Positions 36,518 through 42,720 of a DNA stretch of 42,720 bases are shown here, in pieces. This DNA is from Candidatus Zixiibacteriota bacterium (GTDB lineage: Bacteria > Zixibacteria > MSB-5A5 > GN15 > JAAZOE01), in contig JBDREQ010000072.1 of the NCBI GenBank assembly GCA_043819555.1, positions 1 through 42,720 of the forward strand. Direction: 5' to 3'. Each line of letters opens with the position of its first letter. The first letter of the stretch is position 1. The notes under the pieces are model-generated. The model saw only the letters and a program-made list of their open reading frames with translations. It was not told the DNA's origin and did no database searches. The translations under genes were made by a program, and so were the position numbers.

Positions 36518-37831
36518 ATGATTAATGAAAACAATCCAACATCTCAGCCGGGATTAGCTCCGGTCACTTCACGGGAAAGAATTGCCGCCGTCGATATAAT
36601 CCGAGGGATGGCGCTTCTGGGAATTTTAATTATCAATATAGATTTCTTCGCCCTGCCCAGTATTATAATTTTTAACCCGTCACTGGTCGGAGGATTTGAG
36701 GGGATCAATCTCATTACCTGGGAATTTGGCTATTTCTTTTTCTTTGAAAAAATGATGGCTGTTTTTTCGATGTTATTCGGCGGCGGTCTCATTTTGATGA
36801 TGAACCGATCGGAGAAACACAATCTGCAATTTAAAAGTATTTATTATCGCCGTTTAATGTGGCTGCTTGTTATAAGCCTTATCCATGCTTATATCTTCTG
36901 GTATGGTGATATCCTCTTCCCCTATGCTATTTGTGGAATGATTATCTACATGTTTCGCCGAAAAACCCAAAGATTTTTAATTATCCTCGGAATCTGCATG
37001 TTGGTATTCGGATTGGTTATATATTCCGTAAGCGGTTTTGGAATAGGGTACGTGCGCGATCAGGCGATTCAGGCTCAAGCCGCTCTCGACGCCGGAAATG
37101 AAATCGGTTCCCATCAGCAGGGGATGCTGCAGGCCTGGGAACAAATGGGCGTCATGTTTGATCCCAGTCCCGAAGCCCTTACCAAAGAGATAGATGCCTA
37201 TCGCGGCAGTTTTTCAGATGCCTTTTGGATTCGCTTTCCAATGTCACTCATGATGCAGACTCAAGCATTCATGTTTATGATGTTCTGGCGTATATTTGGA
37301 ATTATGCTTATTGGTATGGGACTTATGAAATCGGGATTTCTCACCGGAGAAAAACCAATTAAGACTTATACAATCTGGATGATTGCCGGATATGTAATCG
37401 GACTTCCAATTGTCTATTATGGAATGACATCAGCCATCGCTCATAATTTTGATTTTATCCGGTTTATGATGTATGGAGCGCATTTTAATTATCTGGTCAG
37501 CATCCTCGTTGCCATAGCCCATGCCAGTTTGATAATTCTGCTTTATAAAAAGGGTCTATTAAAATGGTTGACGTCTCGATTGCGGGCCGTCGGGCAAATG
37601 GCCTTGACTAACTACCTCGTGCACACTCTCGTTTTTACCACAATCTTCTATGGCTACGGCTTTGCATTATTCGGCGGCGTTGAACGCTTCTACCTGCTTC
37701 TGATGGCTTTGGCAATGTGGATAATCCAGTTAATATACAGTCCGCTTTGGTTAAAACATTTCCGATTCGGTCCTGCTGAATGGCTGTGGCGGTCGCTGAC
37801 CCATTGGAAGAGGCAGCCAATGCGGATGTAA
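36518..37831 (+). CDS. DUF418/YeiB-like inner-membrane protein
   Basis: Motifs DIIRGMALLGI, FSMLFG, WYGDIL, GQMALTNY and GPAEWLWRSLT. Confidence 0.9.
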   Translation: MINENNPTSQPGLAPVTSRERIAAVDIIRGMALLGILIINIDFFALPSIIIFNPSLVGGFEGINLITWEFGYFFFFEKMMAVFSMLFGGGLILMMNRSEKHNLQFKSIYYRRLMWLLVISLIHAYIFWYGDILFPYAICGMIIYMFRRKTQRFLIILGICMLVFGLVIYSVSGFGIGYVRDQAIQAQAALDAGNEIGSHQQGMLQAWEQMGVMFDPSPEALTKEIDAYRGSFSDAFWIRFPMSLMMQTQAFMFMMFWRIFGIMLIGMGLMKSGFLTGEKPIKTYTIWMIAGYVIGLPIVYYGMTSAIAHNFDFIRFMMYGAHFNYLVSILVAIAHASLIILLYKKGLLKWLTSRLRAVGQMALTNYLVHTLVFTTIFYGYGFALFGGVERFYLLLMALAMWIIQLIYSPLWLKHFRFGPAEWLWRSLTHWKRQPMRM

Positions 37832-37934
37832 AGAAATTTGTAAAATGAAAATATCAAGTAAACTTCAAGACGCTTATGGTCAGGAAGTATCTGATTATTT
37901 TAGAAGCAACAAATATACTTAGAGAATTTTATAA

Positions 37935-38129
37935 TGGGCCGCGCCCGCTCGGTTGTAAAACCTGTGCCCAAAAAGCCGGCTCAAATGATCCGAAGATCAC
38001 ATTGACCGCGCATCCCCCTCTTTGGGGCTACGATAAGCGTCGGTACTGTCGCTTTCTGGTAATTACTAACCTAATTTGGCCTTCCCTGGCGAATAGTTTT
38101 ACCAGTTTAGCCGGAGCGGGCATTGCCCA
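37935..38129 (-). ncRNA. Candidate structured RNA or palindromic element of unknown family (strand uncertain, minus favoured)
   Basis: Nested end-to-end pairings (TGGGC/GCCCA, GCCCGCTC/GAGCGGGC, GTAAAAC/GTTTTAC, CAAAT/ATTTG) enclose internal hairpins, including TGATC-TTCG-GATCA. It is a GC-richer island in an AT-rich intergenic region. Confidence 0.5.
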
Positions 38130-38305
38130 ATAAATAAGATGTTTTCCTTGTAGGCGATCCCCCGGCGAATACTAATAATACATCCCAGTCCCAATTATGT
38201 TCAATATATTTTAACTCAAACCGAAATTAACCAGATTTATCACTAAAAATAAATATTTCGCCGATTTAAAAATTGTTATTAATACTCAGCATCTTCAAAA
38301 AAAAC

Positions 38306-38334
38306 TTTACTTCAAATGCCATTTTGGATAGATT
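38306..38334 (+). promoter_or_regulatory. Possible sigma70 promoter for ileS
   Basis: TTTACT-N17-TAGATT ending 28 nt before the ATG. Confidence 0.45.
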
Positions 38335-38362
38335 GTGAGGCTAAAATAAAAAGGCCAGCATT

Positions 38363-41300
38363 ATGAAATTTGATCAACTAAAAGACAACTTCTCTTGGAC
38401 GGCAATCGAGGACGAAGTTCTTAAGTTTTGGAAAGATAACGACATCTTCTCCCGGTCAATGGAACAAAACAAAGAGAATGAGCCTTATATATTCTTTGAA
38501 GGCCCGCCGACCGCAAATGGAAAACCCGGAATCCACCATGTAATTAGCCGGACTATTAAAGACCTCGTTTGTCGTTACAAGACCATGGAAGGTTTTCGCG
38601 TTGATCGAAAGGCTGGCTGGGATACGCACGGATTGCCGGTTGAAGTGGAAGTCGAAAAGAAACTTAACCTGAAGACTAAGCAGGATGTTAAACAATACGG
38701 TATCGCGGAATTCAACAAGCGCTGCAAAGAATCGGTTTTCACCTATAAAAAGGACTGGGATGAACTCACCCGCCGCCTCGGTTACTGGCTGGATCTCGAT
38801 AAGGCTTACATCACTCTTGAAAATTACTATATCGAATCGGTTTGGTATATTCTGGCCAATTTTTTCAATCGCAATTTAATTTATAAGGGCCATAAAACCG
38901 TTCCTTTTTGCCCGCGCTGCGAAACGGTATTGTCCTCGCATGAGGTAGGCCAGGATTATAGGGACGTTAGCGATCCTTCGGTATTCGTCCGCATGAAAGC
39001 CGTAGGCGAAGATTATTCATTTCTCGTCTGGACAACAACCCCGTGGACTCTGCCGTCCAATGCCGCTATCTGCTTCCATCCTGACCACATTTATGTTCGA
39101 GTTAAATACAAGGATGAGCAGTTGGTTCTGGCCGAAGCCTTAGCTGATAAAATCCTCGGAGAGGATTTTGAGGTATTGGAAACGAAAAAAGGTTCAGAGT
39201 ATATAAATGCAAAATACCAGCCGTTGTTCGACACTTTTGCTGACCAAGCCAATAAAGCCTTTTATGCTATCACTGCTGAATTCGTTACAATGGAAGACGG
39301 CACGGGGATTGTTCATATCGCTCCCGGATTTGGGGCTGACGACTATGAGATTGGCAAAAAAATTGGGCTTCCGATCTTACAGGCGATTTACGAAAATGGT
39401 TATTTCAAGGAAGATACCGGATGGCTAGCTGAAAAATTTATCAAAGACGCCGACCCTGAAATTATCGCTGATCTCGATAAGCGGGGACTTCTATTCCGGG
39501 CTGAAAAATATACTCACAGTTATCCGTTTTGCTGGCGATGCCACTCGCCTTTGATTTATATCGCCCGCGAATCATGGTATATCCGGACGACTCAGTTTAA
39601 AGACAAATTATTGGAATACAATCGACAAATTAACTGGTATCCGCCCGAAATCGGTTCCGGCCGTTTTGGAGAATGGCTGGAAAACAATATTGATTGGGCC
39701 ATATCACGCGAGCGGTTTTGGGGAACGCCTCTCCCAATCTGGATATGCGACAAATGCGGTGAAAAACGGGCCATCGGTTCGATTGAACAATTAAAGAAAG
39801 AGGGGATCGGCGTTCCTGATGATATTGATTTGCACAAACCATTCATTGATGAAATCAAACTGACCTGCTCCGCCTGCTCCGGTGAGATGACGAGAGTTTC
39901 TGAGGTTATTGACGTCTGGTTTGATTCCGGAGCGATGCCATTCGCACAATGGCATTATCCTTTTGAGAACAAGGAACGTTTCGACAAAGAACTTTTCCCG
40001 GCGGCATTCATTTCCGAAGCTGTCGATCAAACCCGGGGATGGTTTTATTCCCTTCTGGCCATATCGACCATTTTTTACGATAAACCCTGCTTCGAAAACT
40101 GCCTGGTGATGGAATTCGTTGTTGACCAGGAAGGCAAAAAAATGTCGAAGCATATCGGCAACTATATTGAACCTTCTGAAATGTTCAATTTATACGGCGC
40201 CGACGCTGTCCGCTGGTACATGATTTCGACATCGCATCCCTGGATCGCCCTCAAGTTCGATCCCGATGGAGTGAAAATAACGCAGCGGAAATTTTTTGAT
40301 ACCCTGAAAAACAGTTATGCCTTTTGGGCCCTGTATGCCAATATCGATGATATCGCGGGAAAGGCTGATAAAGAAGGATTACCGATCGGCGATTATCTGC
40401 GAAAAAACATTGGAGAACAGACACCGATAGACAAATGGGTTTGGTCCAGATACAATTCGGTCGTACAATCGGTCACCAAATCTCTTGATGAGTATAACCT
40501 CACCCGGGCCACGAGAATGATTCAGAATTTTGTTATAGATGACCTGTCCAACTGGTATATTCGCCTCAATCGCTCGCGTTTCTATAGTTCCGGCGACGAT
40601 CCCGATAAAATGCTGGTTTATTCCCTTCTCTATGATATCCTCGTTGGGATATGCGGATTGATGGCGCCGATTGCTCCTTTTTTCTGCGAATTTATTTATG
40701 GGCAGCTTATAGGAGAAACCCGGCATAATAAAGGCGAATCGATTCATCTTACATCGTATCCCATATTTGATGCGCAAGCTATTGATACCAATCTGGAAAA
40801 AGAAATGGCTTACGTACAAAAGGTCGTTTCTTTAGCCCTTTCTGCTCGTAAGCGGAAAAACCTCAAAGTCCGGCAGCCGTTATCGAGGATAATCATAAAT
40901 GACCAGAATGGATTCAAGCCATCCGATAGTATAAATGAGATTATTCTACGTGAACTTAATATCAAGGCGATTGAATATTCGGATAATCCTGCCGATTATG
41001 TTTCATACTCGGCCAAACCGGTCTTTTCCAGGCTGGGACCTAAATTCGGAAAGGCCGTCAAGAAAGCCGCAGAAAAGATTGCTAATCTGCCATCCGATGA
41101 CATTAAGGAATTCGCGAATACCAAAAATCTGAAGCTGGAATTTGATGGCCGCGGGGTGGAATTGACATCTGAAGAAGTTGAGATTATTCGAGATGAACAT
41201 GAAGGTTTTGCCGTGGAAACAGACGGGCCATATACGGTTGTGCTGGACACCAGCCTGAACGAAGAACTCCGGCAGGAAGGCTTCGCGCGCGAACTGGTCA

Positions 41301-41557
41301 ACAAGATTCAAAATAAGCGAAAATCTTCAGGCTTTGAGGTCACCGACCGAATTCGGATAAAATTGTTTGCCGATGAACCGGTGGCGGAGGCTATAAAGAA
41401 TTTTGGCGATTATATTAGCACCGAAACTCTGGCCGAACCGTTTACCGCGGCCCCAATTGAGGACAACGACGAAGCCAGTACAAAATTAGCGGCGGGCGCA
41501 ATTGAAGAGTTGATAATCAACGGTGAAATTACGTATATTGCAATAGAACGTATTTAA
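38363..41557 (+). CDS. ileS: Isoleucine--tRNA ligase, type 2
   Basis: Motifs EGPPTANGKPGIHH, GWDTHGLPVE, WTTTPWTLPSN, DQTRGWFYSL and KMSKH; type-2 C-terminus EGFARELVNKIQ. Confidence 0.97.
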   Translation: MKFDQLKDNFSWTAIEDEVLKFWKDNDIFSRSMEQNKENEPYIFFEGPPTANGKPGIHHVISRTIKDLVCRYKTMEGFRVDRKAGWDTHGLPVEVEVEKKLNLKTKQDVKQYGIAEFNKRCKESVFTYKKDWDELTRRLGYWLDLDKAYITLENYYIESVWYILANFFNRNLIYKGHKTVPFCPRCETVLSSHEVGQDYRDVSDPSVFVRMKAVGEDYSFLVWTTTPWTLPSNAAICFHPDHIYVRVKYKDEQLVLAEALADKILGEDFEVLETKKGSEYINAKYQPLFDTFADQANKAFYAITAEFVTMEDGTGIVHIAPGFGADDYEIGKKIGLPILQAIYENGYFKEDTGWLAEKFIKDADPEIIADLDKRGLLFRAEKYTHSYPFCWRCHSPLIYIARESWYIRTTQFKDKLLEYNRQINWYPPEIGSGRFGEWLENNIDWAISRERFWGTPLPIWICDKCGEKRAIGSIEQLKKEGIGVPDDIDLHKPFIDEIKLTCSACSGEMTRVSEVIDVWFDSGAMPFAQWHYPFENKERFDKELFPAAFISEAVDQTRGWFYSLLAISTIFYDKPCFENCLVMEFVVDQEGKKMSKHIGNYIEPSEMFNLYGADAVRWYMISTSHPWIALKFDPDGVKITQRKFFDTLKNSYAFWALYANIDDIAGKADKEGLPIGDYLRKNIGEQTPIDKWVWSRYNSVVQSVTKSLDEYNLTRATRMIQNFVIDDLSNWYIRLNRSRFYSSGDDPDKMLVYSLLYDILVGICGLMAPIAPFFCEFIYGQLIGETRHNKGESIHLTSYPIFDAQAIDTNLEKEMAYVQKVVSLALSARKRKNLKVRQPLSRIIINDQNGFKPSDSINEIILRELNIKAIEYSDNPADYVSYSAKPVFSRLGPKFGKAVKKAAEKIANLPSDDIKEFANTKNLKLEFDGRGVELTSEEVEIIRDEHEGFAVETDGPYTVVLDTSLNEELRQEGFARELVNKIQNKRKSSGFEVTDRIRIKLFADEPVAEAIKNFGDYISTETLAEPFTAAPIEDNDEASTKLAAGAIEELIINGEITYIAIERI

Positions 41558-41573
41558 AACCCGGGGGTGCGCT

Positions 41574-41957
41574 TTGAAAAAAGCGGACATGAAAAAATAC
41601 GAAAAGCTCATTCTGGCCAAGCGAGAGACTCTCAGGGATGACATAAAGGAGCTCCGCAAAGAGTCGACAGCGACGATCAAGGAATCGACTGGTGATTTGT
41701 CGTCCTATTCGTATCACATGGCCGATTTGGGCACAGATGCGCAAGAGCGGGAAAAAAAGTTTCTACTGGCCTCCAAATCAGGCCGGCTGATTTATCATCT
41801 TGACGAAGCTTTGCGCCGCATTGAAAACGGAACCTTTGGCAAGTGCCTCGAATGCGGCAAAAACATTGCCAAGCCTCGATTGGATGCCGTCCCGCACGCG
41901 CGTTTCTGTATTGCCTGTAAGGAAGCGGAAGAGAAAAAGAAAGCCCGACATCAGTGA
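41574..41957 (+). CDS. TraR/DksA-family C4 zinc-finger protein
   Basis: Coiled coil with HMAD tip; CLECG…RLDAVPHARFCIAC. Confidence 0.9.
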   Translation: MKKADMKKYEKLILAKRETLRDDIKELRKESTATIKESTGDLSSYSYHMADLGTDAQEREKKFLLASKSGRLIYHLDEALRRIENGTFGKCLECGKNIAKPRLDAVPHARFCIACKEAEEKKKARHQ

Positions 41958-42490
41958 TCGACAAAACCTCTTCCCGACTTATACTCCTTTTTATCGCGGT
42001 CATAGTTTTAGACCAGGCAACCAAGTATCTTGCATTATCTTCACTGTCTCTGGGTCAACCGATTCCGGTTCTGGGAGATTATCTTCGCTGGACATTGGCC
42101 TATAATCCGGGCGGGGCGTTTGGCATGCGACTGGGCGGTCCCAATTATTATCTTATCACGTCTTTGATTGTCTTTGCCATCCTGATTTTTTATGTTTTTA
42201 AAAATCGCAATGCGAGTTTCATCTCGATTCCCCTGGCGATTGTCTCAGGAGGCGCCGCTGGAAATATCATCGACCGTTTTCGGTACGGCGAGGTTGTTGA
42301 TTTTATAGACTGCGAATTTCCCGACATTTCCATCGGGTCGTATCATCTTGACCGCTGGCCGATATTTAATATTGCTGATATGGCCGTCTCGTGCGGCATA
42401 ATCATCACCATAATTCTCATGATGTACCATTCGAGAAAAACGCCGGCAAAACCGGAAGATGACCGTCCGTCCAATCCTGAAATCACGTAG
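41954..42490 (+). CDS. lspA: Lipoprotein signal peptidase II
   Basis: Motifs DQATK, NPGGAFG, GNIIDR, VVDFI and FNIAD. The GTG start overlaps the upstream TGA. Confidence 0.95.
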   Translation: MIDKTSSRLILLFIAVIVLDQATKYLALSSLSLGQPIPVLGDYLRWTLAYNPGGAFGMRLGGPNYYLITSLIVFAILIFYVFKNRNASFISIPLAIVSGGAAGNIIDRFRYGEVVDFIDCEFPDISIGSYHLDRWPIFNIADMAVSCGIIITIILMMYHSRKTPAKPEDDRPSNPEIT

Positions 42491-42597
42491 AAAAATCCCC
42501 GTCAAATGCGTGGGATACTTCCCAAATGGGTTTGTTTTCTCAGATTAACGTTTTGGGTCATATCAAATCGGTGTTGATTACGAACACACCCCGCCCC

Positions 42598-42720
42598 TGA
42601 GCGGACGGGTACATAGGTAACAGATTGATCCGGGCAGATAGGTAACACTTTTTGTTAAATAAATCAATCATAGTCTTTTTTTGTTCTCTTTTTTGTATTC
42701 GGTGGTCTGATAATGCTGCA
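42598..42720 (-). mobile_element. Probable end of an IS481-family element (continues right of the window)
   Basis: TGA terminus followed by tandem subterminal repeats CGGGTACATAGGTAACA (42606-42622) and CGGGCAGATAGGTAACA (42631-42647), read as TGTTACCTAT on the minus strand. A short minus-strand frame (…IIRPPNTKKRTKKDYD*) ends just inside it. Confidence 0.6.

Noticed and set aside
37876..38133. 85-aa ORF, or a T-box leader for ileS
   Set aside because: No clear RBS or protein motif. The T-box GGTGGNACC core is absent (only ACCGCG), and a separate ileS promoter candidate lies downstream.
1..42720. Whole window as a composite transposon or island
   Set aside because: The flanking IS ends belong to different families and the region includes housekeeping genes (ileS, lspA).

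Overview
Bacterial window, probably from an FCB-superphylum organism. The protein architectures and the ileS-dksA/traR-lspA gene order resemble Zixibacteria; this is inference, not a tested assignment. Insertion-sequence ends bound both sides (IS30-family 5' end on the left, IS481-like end on the right). The dominant feature is a ~23 kb minus-strand cluster (5947-29239) of seven secreted, acidic proteins with no recognisable catalytic domain. They are built from cohesin-like, dockerin, cadherin/Ig-like and FlgD-Ig/T9SS-type C-terminal domains, and include a 2966-aa rod with 30 tandem Ig-like modules and a terminal dockerin. The cluster looks like an enzyme-free, cellulosome-like cohesin-dockerin surface assembly. 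Flanking genes encode a bactofilin-like membrane protein, GGT, a GH35-fold protein apparently lacking key catalytic residues, a small lipoprotein, a Wzx flippase, an AT-rich KAP P-loop NTPase with an unrecognised N-terminal region, an SDR, signal peptidase I, a DUF418 protein, type-2 IleRS (GIHH motif), a DksA/TraR-like protein and LspA. A ~195-nt candidate structured RNA lies upstream of ileS. All domain calls come from reading motifs by eye; no database searches were run.
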